A stretch of 57,930 bases of DNA, the filler included, from Sphacelaria rigidula (Eukaryota), in NCBI GenBank assembly GCA_964200075.2. It is 8 parts of 8 records of this genome, joined end to end, with 100 filler letters (N's around TTAATTAATTAA, not from the genome) between each part and the next. Parts side by side here need not be neighbours in the genome. Positions count along the whole stretch, not along the records: positions 36,271 to 43,424 come from CAXNAA020016220.1; positions 43,525 to 50,677 come from CAXNAA020016221.1; positions 50,778 to 57,930 come from CAXNAA020016222.1; 5 more parts are not named here. One strand, given 5' to 3'. The translations under genes and the position numbers were made by a program. The notes beneath the pieces are model-generated. The model was not told the origin of the DNA. It searched no databases and worked only from the letters and a program-made list of their open reading frames with translations. Below are positions 39,049 to 52,128 of the stretch, one piece after another (position 1 is the first letter of the stretch; every line of letters starts with the position of its first letter).

Positions 39049-40197
39049 TCAGTCCGGGAAACAAAGGACCGGTTTTTCAGTGAGCGTTTTCAGCAAGTCG
39101 CGCACGATAGCTTCCATATCTTTGGTGAAGACAAACGCGGCGCCTTTTTTCAGCAAGTCCGTAATGGGGCGAATCCGTTTGGACAGGTTAGGCAAAAATT
39201 TGCGATAGTAGGACAGTCCACTCAACAATGAGCGGAGCTGAGTGATGTTCGTGGGCATCGGCAGTTCAGTCATTGCTCTGACTTTGTTGTTTCCGGGGTA
39301 TAGACCCGCCGGTGAAATTGAGTGTCTCAGAAAATCCAGTTCAGTCGCGCCAAGGCGAGCTTTGGATGGAGACAGTTTCAAATCGTGCTTCCGGAGGCGA
39401 AAAAGAAACTCTCGCAAGGTGCGCACATGCGCAAGAGGGGAGGCATCGAATGCGATCGCGTCGTCCAAGTACATGATGACGTGTTCGAGATTCTCTGTAA
39501 CGCGTTGCATTAAGCGTTGAAAACAACCTGGTGCAGTGGCGGCACCTTGTGGCATACGGAGCCATTCGTAGAGCCCAGAAGATGTACAGAACGCTGTCAG
39601 TGGGACTGTATCAGGGTGGATGGCGTTCTGGCAAAATCCAGAAGCGAGATCGAAGGTGCTGAATATTTTGCCTTCGCCTAGAGAGTCGAAGACTTCATCT
39701 ACGCGGGGAATGGGAAGTTTTCCCACTACAGTAACGCGAGTTAACCGTTGATAATTCACGGTGATGCGTATGTTTCCATCCTTTTGGGGGACTTCCACTA
39801 GCGGTGAAGCCCACGGAGAAAAGGAGTGTTGGATTAATCCGGCACCTAAGCACGCATCTAAAGTGGCGTTAACTTTTTTGGTAAGGATGAGGTTCGTCCG
39901 ATACGGTCGAGAAGAGAATGGCGAAACGCCAGGTTGAAGGGTGATTTCAAAGGGCAGCGTTTTGCAATGCCCCGGATCCGTTTTGGATCGAGAGAATCTC
40001 TCTTGGTACTCCAATAAAACATCGCTCCATTCTTTGATTACAACGGGTTCCCAACCGGGCCCATGTAGGTCAAAATTGATGTCACGTAAGTGGGGTGGAA
40101 CTTGATCCCACATGTGCAAGAAACTTGTCCGAGATTCTGGTGATGGGCGTTGCAGCACTTCAGCAGGAGGTTCGGACGTTGACGGTGCAGGGTCCAC
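39049..40197 (-). pseudogene. Gypsy reverse transcriptase
   Basis: SPWASPLV, FSTFDLASGF, RMPQG, MYLDD, LRSLLSGLSYYRKF. Confidence 0.93.
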
Positions 40198-43100
40198 GGT
40201 GTGAATACGTGATGGAGACGAAGAGGTTACGTCGAAGTAAAGCCCATCGACGAAATTGACAGAACCGTCTGTCGGAGGCGCCGGATTGGGCTAGAGGGTT
40301 CAGTGGCACATGTCTCAAGTTGAATGTGCATGAGGGGAGCAGCAGCAATACCCAAAACATCTCCGGGTTCCAAGTTAGCGTGACCCGTGAGTGGCAAAAG
40401 TTGTCACCCTGCGGCGACGAAGTGTTCTGTGCCGGCAGGCGCACCAACCCGAGGAAGCATTTCAGCGAGGTAATGTCCCGTAAGGGCAGGCATGCCATTT
40501 CAGCGAACTAAGGCAATTTCTAACAGTTGAGGATCATCGGAGAGGGTGACACCAGTAGTACCATCGTATCGGAGGTAGTAAGCAGCTCCGGTAGCTTGTT
40601 CATTTGTTTTTATAGGCCAAGGCGCCGTGATGGGTACCGAAATGTTCAAGGTTGAGTTCTCCACGAGGCGCAGACTGTGGTGATAATGCTGGTAGCGTAC
40701 GGTAGGTGCGTTGATCAAACCGCATGTAACTATCTCGGCCAATGAGTAAGGCGTGAACCATGGTGTGTCGGGGACAACATATGCCCAAACTGCAAGGCTG
40801 GCAGAACGAGTTGTGTTGTGAAAGAATTGCACACTGAGACGAACTGATATTCGTGTGGTCAAAGGTGCGGTGGAGTCACCAAAACCGGCCGATACTCGAG
40901 GTTTGGTGGTGATTTCGCAAGCTGCTGAAGCAGCGCCAATCTGTTCCATATGTTCCCACACTGATTCACGAATACGTGTTTGTGAGCTGCCGCTGTCTAA
41001 CAAAGAGACGAATTTGGCAGTCGTGGTTGCGAATGGTTCAAAATGGAGCGCTACGCGAGTAGTAAAAGTGGCAGGATCAATACACTTTACCGCCGACAAG
41101 ATCCGGACCGTGTTCAGCCAGTGTAAATTGATCGGAATCAGTAGTGTTGACGGCGAAAACGGAGGGCGGGTGATCCGCCGGGGGGTCAACGTTCTCACCA
41201 TAAACTTTGGTGGATGATGTGTAGTCCCCAGAGTGAGCACAGCTCGGCTGGTCATTAGCAATTTCATATATGACCGTGTTGGGAAGGCAGGGAACAACGT
41301 CTAAAGTAGACCCGTCTTGTTCAGTGTAGTCCGTAGAAGTGGTAGAAATACCCGAAATATCTTATTTGGATTTTTGTAGGACGCTTGATAAATTCATCGA
41401 GCTCAAAGTCGTCGCATTTTGGAGAGATTGAGGTCGAGATTTTCCCCTCGAGGGAGGTGCACGTGTTGCTGCGCGCGCTTCAGTGAGGGCATGTTCACGG
41501 GACTTTCTCTCTCGCCGTAACAAAGGGCGAGGAGCTTCCAAAGTGTTTGGGAAAAACCCAACTGCGTCCAGTTGAGTGGATGAGGTCAGCATCGGGGCAT
41601 GCTCGGGCGAAGCTTGTGGACTGTCCGGTGGCAAGCTTGGCTGAGGAGTCATAGCCGAAGGTATAGTAGGATGGTTTATGTGGGAACCATTCAGGGGTAG
41701 CTTCGCATGGTGCAATGAACGCGAAGAATGAACTCGTTCGACCGGGGTGGGTGTTACCTGGTCCGAAGCGGTCAGATTTTGACCAGCGACACTTGAACCA
41801 GTCGAGTGAATTACACCACTGCCTGTGCGTGCGATCGCTGAGGGAAGCCTTTGCCTCAGCGACGGGCGGTTGGTGTTCCCACACCTCAGACTTACGCTCA
41901 GTTCCGGAGGACCACGTCCAGAGTCGAGAGTAGGGCTAAGTTGTGAGTCAACGCAACTGTTACGCTGTGTGCGAAGAGGTGAAGATGGGGTTCGAAATGA
42001 GCGGCCGTCATTAGAATTCCTGCATAGTGCCGGGGAGGTTGAGCGAGGAAGTGTGGTCGCTTATTCCGCGGTTGGTGTTGAAGTAGTCTTCGTGTGTGCT
42101 GTCGGCGGCGCCGAAGACGTAAAAACGCCGGCGTCGGCACGTCATGGATCGGTACGGTCAGTCATAATAGAACCAGGGTTTATGGCGTTGGGGTTCGAGC
42201 GATTGTGATCCGACCCCGTGCGCTGGTGTCTATCGGCGGAATTCCGGTGACCGTGAGAAGAACTCTCTCTTCGCTGAGAGCCAGAGTTGTCGTAGTTGTT
42301 AGGGCGACTGTCGCGATTCGAGCGAGTGTTGTCGCGGTTGTTGAAAGGGCGGCGAGGATGACGGCTGGGTGTACGGTATTCACGCATGCGTTTCTGCCAT
42401 CGGCGCCATGCTGGCTCATTGTCCTGCAGCTCAGAGCTCATGAGGTCGAAAGAGTTGATACAAGGGCGAGTACAATCGCGCATACTGTGCCCTTGGTTGT
42501 TAATATTAATCCAACCATTTGCATGGCGGCTGAAGCCCTCGTGTCTGCCAGCAGACGAGAGGAGGGAGTTCCACAGGTGTGGGTCATCTGTAGTAAACGC
42601 AGACGTAGATACAGTGTAGACATCATCCCAAGTCTCGGTAGAGTACGGCCATCCGTCAAAACTGGCGCTGAACGGATCTCTCTTGTTTGCAACGCTCATG
42701 ACGGAGCCGGCCATGGAGGCGGGCACCCACGAGTGACGAAGCGAAGTGTGAGACCGGTGGCGGGACCCTGAAGGGGTCGAAGAAGGCGCAGAAGCAGACT
42801 GGGAACGAGCTGAAGCATACTTGTCGCCGCGAATGTCCGGCGTCAAATTATTTTCTTGATGAACGAACGCACTCCACATCGCAACCACAGAGGGGTAAGG
42901 CACTTCGCTGTGCGCTAAAGCACCTGGAAACAGCGACGGCATTCGTGTTGGGAACTGCTCGGAAACACTATTCCTCACATATGATTGACACATAACAGCC
43001 GACTTTATTTTTTGGGGTTCAACAATAAAATGGGGTTGAACCTATTTGGGGGGTTCGACAATTCGCCCGAAACAGTTCAGTGAGGGAACGCGGTTTCGCT

Positions 43101-43596
43101 TGTCCTCGGGTGCCAACTAGTTTTGAAAGTTGGCATGGCTACCCGTACGCTTGTCGCCGACGACGGCACCGGGGGACCCGTGCCCGACCACAAGGTCCTT
43201 GCCCGCGTCCTTCGTGTCTTCCTACAAGAATACAGCAGTCTAATCGCTGCCGTACCGCTTCCGTGGACGCACGGCATGGTGTGTGGCAGCCAACATAGGT
43301 GTGCATCTGTGTGCCTTGTGTGCGGTACGTGCCATCTACCATCAATAATGTGTGGACGTCACACGGAAGGATGGTTTCCACACGATCGACTGCGACTATC
43401 AACTCGCACGTGACGCAAAGCGAGNNNNNNNNNNNNNNNNNNNNNNNNNNNNNNNNNNNNNNNNNNNNTTAATTAATTAANNNNNNNNNNNNNNNNNNNN
43501 NNNNNNNNNNNNNNNNNNNNNNNNTGTGTTTGGCGAGTCGCATGAAAGGTGAGCTGCATCCTGCTAAGATTGTTCGGCCCGAAGCGTACTAACTAT

Positions 43597-43819
43597 GACA
43601 CTTTCTACGATAGCCCCCCCCCAAAACCAGCCAAAAGTGTCACGAAAAAAATGAGCATACAGCGCCTGATGCTTGGGTTCAGGCTGCATGAAGCGCCTCA
43701 TATTGGTAATACTGGCTAGAACGAAGCCGGTCGTGAGAATTCCCAGCTGCTCGTTGTGCTCGGCTTTTCCCATTTCGATTTACGTCAAGATTTTGCCTCC
43801 CAAAACCATGCACTTTTGG
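43597..43819. mobile_element. MITE family A copy, one TIR lost; further partial copies at 50609-50677 and ~53372-53590
   Basis: Homology to 6634-6885; interrupts a family 2 LINE/SINE tail. Confidence 0.85.
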
Positions 43820-44465
43820 AGCCAACGATGAGTTGCTGTATTCTGTGGTATCGCCACTTCCAGAGACAGCCACGGCTTTTACACTGCCTCATGGATGTCT
43901 GACTAGTGCGCGCGGGGATGGGCCGGCATGTAGAGAACCCTGCACAACGTCATCGTGTACTACCGGGACGTGACCTCGTTTCAGTAGCAATCGCTTGCGA
44001 TGTGTGCTGTGACGGGTCTCGTGCGTGATGGTGCTGTTTTCATCTCCGCATACCGCCCGTGAAGCGAGCTCTTAACGCTGGAAGCGCCCACTCCTCTTTC
44101 TTCCCTCTTGTCTTAGGCAATTGGAACTGCGGAATATTACAGTAGCTACGAGAATGTATATATTCTCCCACGCACACCGCCTCCATACTATAGGAATAAC
44201 ACTGGAGTAGAAATATGGTGATTTCAGTCAAGAGGAATGAACAATGACGACAAATACCGTGAGCAACGGACAGGATGAGAGCACGTTTGATTACAACACA
44301 ACCGGGAAAGCCCTCCCGGATGAAGGTAACGACGAAGGCAACAACATCAGCAATCTGTGACGAAATCACGCCGTCACGTTGAGTATATAGTGATGATTGG
44401 AAGATGACTGGGGATCTGTAGTGATGATATGGATGATGACATGGACACAGGGGTGATACCCTGAT

Positions 44466-44959
44466 AACATTATATTCGTGAGATTCGGAGTGTAGTTTCA
44501 GATTCAGAGTCAGGATTTCAAACGGGAAATAACTGTTTTCTTTGTGGTCAATCCTCATGCAAAACAGTTTGCGTCACTAATCAACCAACCCGAGTAACGA
44601 ACGTGCGTGTTTTCACAGCCTCCAATTTTGGTTGATTTTGTACGCTTTCCCCCGATGCTCCTCGAATGAATGTGGTAAGCACTATAGTCGTGAGATTCAA
44701 AGTTTAATTTCAGATTCAGAGTCAGGATTTCAAACAGAAGAACTTTTTTTTTTGTGGTCGATTCTTGTGTGAAACAGTTCGCGTCAATAATCAACCAACA
44801 TTGCCGATCTGTGAAAACACGCACGGTCATTACTCGGGTTGGTTGATTAGTGACGCAAACCGTTTCGCATCAGAATTGATCACAAAGAAAACAGTTCTTC
44901 CGTTTGAAATTCTGACTCTGAATCTGAAACTACACTCTGAATCTCACGAATATAATGTT
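44466..44959. mobile_element. MITE with ~150-bp TIRs plus an internal third arm copy, 4-bp TSD TGAT
   Basis: aacattatattcgtgagattc ... gaatctcacgaatataatgtt; tgat at 44462-44465 and 44960-44963; extra arm ~44685-44800. Confidence 0.88.
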
Positions 44960-45408
44960 TGATGTGGTTTATGGAGCCGCCTGAATGGTCACTCCTGAAT
45001 AATGAGATGTTGTAAAGGCTGACAACTGAAACTGAGGCCAGTAAGACTGGGGAGTCACTCAACAGCAGTGATCCAACAGTGCTTCCACTGGCTGGCGTCA
45101 CAATATCGATATTAGTGTTAGTGTTAGTGTTAGTGCTAGAAATCTGCTGAAAGGAATTCGGCGGAAGGAGTTTGGTAGCTGTGGAAACCTGATAACCCAC
45201 GGTCGTGTGGAGAGAGTTCCAGCGGAGGCAGCTCCAGAAAGGCGGCTGGCCTGTGATTGATCCAGACTGAAGATTTGCTAAAGCTGCGTGCAGCGGGAGT
45301 TTCGAGGCTCCTACGACTGTGTGGTGCGGTGACGAAGCAAGGAAAGTGCGATTCGCGAAGGTTCACTGGCCTGCGGAGGTTCGCAGGTAGCCGGTTACAG
45401 CTACAGCT

Positions 45409-48400
45409 ATGGCTACCGACTCACGAAGTACCTCCACCGTGACATCCTTGGGCATGCGGGAAGAATTGCGACCTCCCCAATACGGGTACAGGTACTCAGA
45501 GAGTGCATCTCACATTTTTCAAACAAAATACTTAGAGTACCAGAGGCGTGTGGGGCACGCTAATGCAGGGGGTGCCGTGCGGCACAAGGTGGTGACTATG
45601 GCACAACAAGTGCCCACGCATGTACAGAGAGTGTTCGCTTGTTTGGAACATAATGGGAACACTCTCACCTCGCCGTAATTGGTTGCGGCGATCAAAAAGC
45701 ATGCAGGTCATGCGGCGGGCGCCGAGGGAGAGCTGACCCAAGCGTCCGCGACCGTGGCGAAAGCTGTCGCAATGGATCCTCGGAGGAAAGCGATGTTGGA
45801 GCGTGTGGAGCCCATCTTGGCGAATTTGGAGAAGTACTTCACGGAAAATCCAAACGTAGAACTAGTATATTGTTTCCCCGATGGTGAGTTTATTCCCGGC
45901 CCGGCAGCAGTAACCACTAAGGCTTTGGTGTAGGGGTTGGCACCGGGATATTTCAAGCAAGCCGTACTTGTCAAGCTGCAGCACTAATCAGATTGGAAGG
46001 ACGACCCGTACCTAGTGATGGGCACCGTCGTGGCCGAGGCCAAGGAGTGGTGGAAAATAGAGGTGTTCGGCCAGCGTCCACCTCTTCGCCAAAACCTTTG
46101 CACAACCATGGCTCGAAATCGACCGGTCGCGCCGCGAGTATTACTTGCCACCACTGTGGCCAGGTCGGTCATTACGCGCGCGATTGGTCAATGTCTTCCG
46201 TTGGAGAGTCTGGGCAGTCTAGTGCCGCGCGCCATCAGCATCGTCAGCACAAGGGCAAAATACGAGGTAATCGTGGTGGCGGCGGCGGATCCTCCGGCGA
46301 TGGAGGGTCACAGGCGAGCCCTCAGCAGCAGCAGCCGCAGCATCAGCAGAACCAGCAGCAGGGGCAGCGGCGTCAACATGGGCCTGGCTCCGGGTCCGGC
46401 GCTGCCGTAGGTGCTGCTGCTCTGCAACGGGCGGTGCTGGTGGGCCCGACTTCTACGGAGTCGAACAATGCGCCGGCGCCGGTGGTGGCGCCGGCGGCGA
46501 CCCCGGCAGCAGCGGCAGACGCGACGCCTGTTGACGCGCTGGTCGGAGGGTCGCCAAATTCTTGATTTTGTGGCTGAGGAGCGTACCCGCCGGCCGTGCC
46601 GTTTGAACCTGCCGGGGTGTCTTTGCCTGTGCAGCTAGCGCAGCCGTGGCGTCAAGTGGGATTAGCGGCGCATAGGTCAGCGAAAGAAGTTCCCGTGGAG
46701 CTTGCCGACAGTTGCATTCCGGCAGAGTTATGTCTTCCGAATCAACGGCAGCGTGGAGCCATTGTGGTTCGGTCTGTGTTGGATCCTGGCGCCCATTTTC
46801 CTAGTCTGTCGGAGTAGATGGTTGAGATGCTGGAGCAACAACTCCCGGGTGTGCCGCTGCGCATCCCGTTTTCTCTTAGGGTGCGGTAGACAGTCACCGC
46901 GTCAGGTCAGCATGTTTCAGTCACGGGGCGTACTGTTCCGTTGTAGCTAGCCTTCAAGACTGCTCGGGGCTGGCGCCGTTGCCTCCGATCTCGTTTGCGA
47001 TTATGCCAGGGTCAGATGGCATTGTTCTTCTGGGGCTGTCGACACTACAGGATCTAGGAGTCGACCCGTATGAGCGGTTGAAGGACTCCATCAATACGTG
47101 GCTGTCTCCGCCTGGTCCACACGTGGAGACGGCCGCCTTTTGTGGCAGTCGTCGCGTGAGCTTGTCGGTGGATGCTTTTTAGGAGACTGGGAGGCAGGTG
47201 ACCGAGGAGCGGGATGCGGCGGTGGAACGCTTAGTAGAGCGCGGCCCGAATATGTTCATGGACCGAGCGGAAGGGGAGTCCGTTCGGAAGGTCGCGCTGG
47301 AGGACAGCGTGACGGATGCTGTGATGGAAGGCCTCAGGGTCTCAAAAGCGGAGTTCCTGCGCGGCATATTGCATTGCTGCGTCAGCGCGTTTCGTCGTGC
47401 GCTGCGGGATGTTCCCCTGCGCGCGTGGAGCCCATGCGTGTTCAGCTAAAACCTGGGGTGTCCGCGGCAAAGACAAAGCCGCGGCGGTACGATCCAGTGA
47501 AGTCGAGTTGGTTGGCATTGTGCATGGCGGCTCTTTTGGCGCTCGGATTGGTGTTACGGAATATGCAGGCGGGGGTGGTCCAGTCTGGATATGGCATTTT
47601 CGAAGACGGTTGCATCGTGGACGGAGGGCAGGCTGCAGGCGTGGGCGGCAGCGAAAGATCTGGTGGCTCATGCCGTGACGCTGCTTCATCCTTGTCCTAA
47701 TTGTCAGGTGTCAATGTTTCCGGACGCATTTGAGAGTCATTGAGGTGGTTTCGTTACGCAGGTACCTCAAGCGGAAATACAAAGACACCTGCCAGTTGAG
47801 GATATGACGCATGAACCGTTGGCTTTCCTCAGTGGTAATTTTAAGGGTTCGCAGTTGCGTCGGGCCACAATTGATAAGGAAGGTTTTGCTATCGTAATCA
47901 CTTTTCGTCGTTTGGAGCATCTTTGGTGGAATGGCGTGCACGTTTTCACAAATCACCGAAATCTCGTGTATATTTTTAACCCGGAAGCGTGCGTTAAATC
48001 TGCGTCGAAAGCATTGGCACAACGTTCAGAGGCTTGGAAAGCTGTTCTTGGCCAGTACCGTTCCTCGGTTTGCCAAATTTTGGGTGACCGTAACGCGTGG
48101 GGTGACTTGCTTTCGCGTTGGGTAAATATTCCGGCTATGGCTGCGCGCGCCGTGGCTATGTATGGCCCGTGTGCACCTGATGACTCGATGCCGTCAAAAT
48201 CTTTTGTCCGCCAAGTGCAACGACAAGACCGTGGGGCCGAAGATGCGAATGTGCAATCTGTCGGGTCGAACAATGGTACTGCTATCTTGGACATTGAAGG
48301 TCTGTTTCGTGTGCCTGTGCGTGTCCGAAACGTTTTGTGTATTCCGAGTTCTGACAAGCAGGTGCAGGTACGTCTGATGATTTGCGCGTACATGCACGAC

Positions 48401-49990
48401 GCCGGGCATTGTGGTGTGGCTGCGACGCTCGTGCGTTTGCAAGAGGTTCCTGTCTGGCAGGGGATAAAAACTCATGTGCGCGAATTTGTCCGTCAGTGTC
48501 TTCGCTGTGCTGACTCGAGGGCGGGTAATGTTGTTCCCCGCCCGCTCGGCGAAACGGTCCATGGGACCACGCCGAATAAAGTCGTTAATTTTGACTTTTT
48601 GTACGTGGGCGAGAGTGGCCCGCTAGCTTCCCAAGGTTTGTCGGAGGATGCTGGGTTCCGATACATCTTGGTGATCATGGATGATTTGAGCAACTATGTG
48701 GCTCTGGAACCAGTAGCAGTGTGTACTGCTGAATCGACCGCTGCGTCTTCGCTGAATTGGTGCAAAACGTTGGGGGGTGCCCTGTGTGCGGGTGAGTGAT
48801 ATCGCCACGCATTTCAAGAACGCGATCTTGGCCCAAATGCGAGAGGCTTCGCGCGTTGATCCCCAGTTTGCGGTGGCGTGTTCTCCGTGGTCTAACGGTA
48901 CGTGCGAACACATGGTCAAGGAAGTAGTTCGTGCTCATCGATCTATTCTTCTCGAGCAGCGTCGAGAGGTGAACAATTTGATGGACGTGTTGCCCGCTGT
49001 GCAATGGGCGCTAAATACAGCACATTGCCGTCGGTACGATAGTACGCCGTATCACGTGATGTTTGATCGTGCCCCTCGGACGTCTTTCTCGGTTTTGGTG
49101 TCCTCATCGGCGGGAGAGTGGAACTGCTGTGATGTCTTAGACGATGCGCAACTGAAGCGTGCGATGAGCAATGCTACGGAAGGGGTTGCAACTTTTGTTT
49201 CTGGGTCTCTTTTTTGTAGGAGCCCAAATACATGGGGCTTACTGTGCAACCCAAATCTCCGGGACCAGGACATGGAGATGCACACAGGAGCCTTTTTGTG
49301 AAACGGCATCATTTTCAGTCTTCTCAAAATAATGCGTGCAACACCTCGAGAAATATTTTCGCTCAAAACGTGCAACCTTACTGTAGCATCACTCCGATGC
49401 AAGGAGTTTTGGAGTTGCAGGAAAGTTTCCATGTTCAAGTGCAGGAGCGTGTTGCCGCTGAACGTGCGAGTAGACGCGAGGGGTCTTCGTCGGGGCTGAA
49501 ATTGCTGAATTTCGAGGTAGGCGATTACGTTTTGTATGCACGCGTGCGTCGCCCAAGAGTTACGCCTGAATTGATGGCGACGTGAAGAAGTCCGTGGAGA
49601 GTGGTTGGTGGTCATCACCCGCATGTGTTTGAGACCCAAAACTTTGTTTCAGGTCGTGTTCAGACCGCCCATGTAGCTCGTCTGCGTTTGAATGCAGACT
49701 CATAGCTTAATGTTACGGCTGACGTTAAGGACGTCTTTCAGCACGCTTTCAACCAGGGGCAATTTCGGATGGCTGGGATTGTTCGCGTTGCAGACGCAGA
49801 GGATCGTTCGTTGATCATATGGGTTGACTGGGTAGGTTTAAAGTCAAGTCGAGGAGTGTACGTGGGAGCTTTTAAAAAATATTTTTAAGGCCGCTCCGGA
49901 ATTTCTCAAAAAGGAGTCGCGTAAGGTGCGAGTGACTCGTTCTATTGCTGCTGGCATTATGCGTGAGTTTGGGATCCAGTTGCGACTTGC
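45409..49990 (+). mobile_element. Decayed Gypsy element related to the 266-4960 element, with most of RT deleted
   Basis: gag with zinc knuckle CHHCGQVGHYARD(W); protease 'VLDPGA'; RNase H-integrase ORF 47804-48799; integrase C-terminus and chromo-like end ~49990. Confidence 0.9.
49166..49394. mobile_element. Sola2-like MITE (GAG...CTC) inserted in the Gypsy integrase, TSD CGAT
   Basis: gagcaatgctacggaagg / ccttactgtagcatcactc; removing it and one TSD restores LKRAM-QGVLELQ. Confidence 0.88.
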
Positions 49991-50061
49991 TCAATCGTTT
50001 TGGCGTTATTTTTCCGAGTGTCAAGCTTGTTCCTCGATTCTCGTCCAACGCTCTTTCGGGG

Positions 50062-50375
50062 CACACGTGGACAGATAGCACCCTGTGAAGGGGGTTTACA
50101 GGGTTTACGTACCCTGCGCAGTGTTTCTGGCGGGAATTTTACTGTACAGTGTTTCGCAGCGTAGCACAGGATGCTCCACAGGGTTTCCCTACAGTGGTCA
50201 TACACACGTGGGCAAATAGCGCCCTGTAGGGCACGTCTACAGGGTTCAGGGAAACTGTGCAATGTTTCTCGCGGGGATCTGGCTGTAGGATATTTTTTTG
50301 CGCCCCACAGGACGCTTCACAGGGTTCAGGAAAACAGTGCAGGGTTTCTCGCGGGGACTTGACTGTAGGGTATCA
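50062..50375. repeat. Degenerate tandem repeats (acagggtt-rich, ~80/140-bp periods) downstream of Gypsy pol
   Basis: cacacgtgg.ca.atagc.ccctgt twice; acagggttcagg.aaac.gtgc...tttctcgcggggA twice. Confidence 0.65.
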
Positions 50376-51872
50376 TTTTGTGCCACAGTCACTCGGCACG
50401 GCATACATATAATATACTCCACACAGCATGGGCGTGGTACTGGCAGAAAAAAACGTTCGAGAAGTGGCAGGGGCGGAAATTGATCTGACGATTTAGTACT
50501 CGGGAGTGTGTCACGTTGAACATTGAGCTACCTGATATGTTGTTTACCATGAGACTATTTTGTGCTTCTGATTACTACCAAGCGAACACCTCTCTGAACA
50601 AAAGCATCGACACTTTCTACGATAGCCCCCCCCCCAAAAGTGTATGGTTTGGGGAGGCAAAATCTTCACGTAAATCGNNNNNNNNNNNNNNNNNNNNNNN
50701 NNNNNNNNNNNNNNNNNNNNNTTAATTAATTAANNNNNNNNNNNNNNNNNNNNNNNNNNNNNNNNNNNNNNNNNNNNCCCCTATCTCATGAAAAAAAAAA
50801 AGGCTTGTGCACGCCAGTAAGTTTTTATTATTATGCCCTACTCATTGTCCATATCAAATTTCAGGGTCCAGCTCCAAGTATTGACCGTATAATCGGCCTG
50901 CAAACTGCAGAATCGCTTCTCGGCTGGCCCAGCTCGTACTACACCCGGCATCTTCATGCGTGAATGAAACTCAACTGACGGCGCCTAGAGTGGTATATAA
51001 CATATTTGATATCACGAGGAACTTGCGAGGGCGTCTTAATTCAGTGGCGAGTACAACGGTAACACCCAGACGCTCGTCGACGTTGGTTGAGGACGTAGCG
51101 CTCAACTGTGAACAAGCTCCGGGCTGCGTGAAATGCGGCTGCCTTGCTCGAAAAAGACTCACTTGATGATTGTCAGAGGCACTGCGCGAGAAAGAAGATG
51201 AAGAGGGATACTGCAGCTCCCATGTGGTGCACAGTATATATAGCATATACTATTCGTGCACGATGTTGAATGTACATATTTGAATGTAAGCATTGTACTA
51301 CTACTGTTCACGCTCTTCGATTAAGTAATACTACAACAACAGTGTGTGACCCCGGCTGATGCGCCCACATACATACACCGCAAGTTGTAGACCGGCACCC
51401 AGAATAGATGAGACGATAGCACACACAACAGTACAACGCAGCAATTATTTTCTACATCGATTTTTCAACTTTGGGAGTGCGACCGACACCTACCCGCGCG
51501 CGCTGTCTTGCCGGTGCAAGAGTTTCGTCTTTCGGCACAAGCTTTGGATTTAACTCGAGTAAGGGCTTGTGCTTTCAAGAGTGTGTCAAGGGTGGCTCGG
51601 TAATGCATGTGTAGTTGAAACTCCATCCCCATACCCTCATACGTTCGGTAGTACCGTAATAGAATGTGCGCCCGATTTTGTTTTCGAGTTCGTATATCGC
51701 CGCCCGGCGCTGTGGTATAAGTTGCGGGGTTCATATATATACCAACTACCCTGCCGCCTTGGATGGCGTCTACTCTACCCTCCTCCGGAATTTCGCTCCA
51801 TAGACTATTCGATAGCGGCGAGCAAGAGTGACTTGTCGCATTTGGCACCGTGTACTCCTTCGTATAGGTAAG

Positions 51873-52128
51873 GAGGGATGCTGCGGTAGGTGTGCACAAA
51901 TATTTTCCGAGGAAGAAATTTGTTAGAGCCCAGTATCTCATCCAAAACACAACTCATGACATATGTGAGAGTACGCCAGGATTACTATTCCAATGTGCTA
52001 GGGATATCCCGAATAAATTTGCTAACGGGGATGGCCTGACCCATATTCTTGTGCATGTAGAATCTTTAGGAACCCCTGAAACAGACAAGATTTCGCGCAA
52101 AAAGTGCAACCCTACCGTAGCATTGCTC
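51873..52128. mobile_element. MITE family B (Sola2-like), diverged copy, TSD TAAG
   Basis: gagggatgctgcggtagg ... cctaccgtagcattgctc; taag on both sides. Confidence 0.88.

Larger units (their letters stand above)
36271..43000 (-). mobile_element. Ty3/Gypsy chromodomain-bearing retrotransposon (second lineage), mildly decayed
   Basis: gag-like 42142-42993; protease 'LLDSGS' 40500-41297; RT with 'YLDD' 39049-40197; RNase H ~38620-39050 (frameshifted); integrase zinc-binding region 'CFKC' at ~37565; core, GPF motif and chromodomain 'YKTHWQG...SWERESDL' 36271-37515. Confidence 0.95.

Noticed and set aside
42094..42771. Antisense ORFs over retrotransposon gag/pol
   Set aside because: Expected shadow ORFs of GC-rich coding sequence
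7199..50733. TTAATTAATTAA recurring every ~7254 bp as a biological periodic signal
   Set aside because: Always centred in N-runs; artificial contig linker
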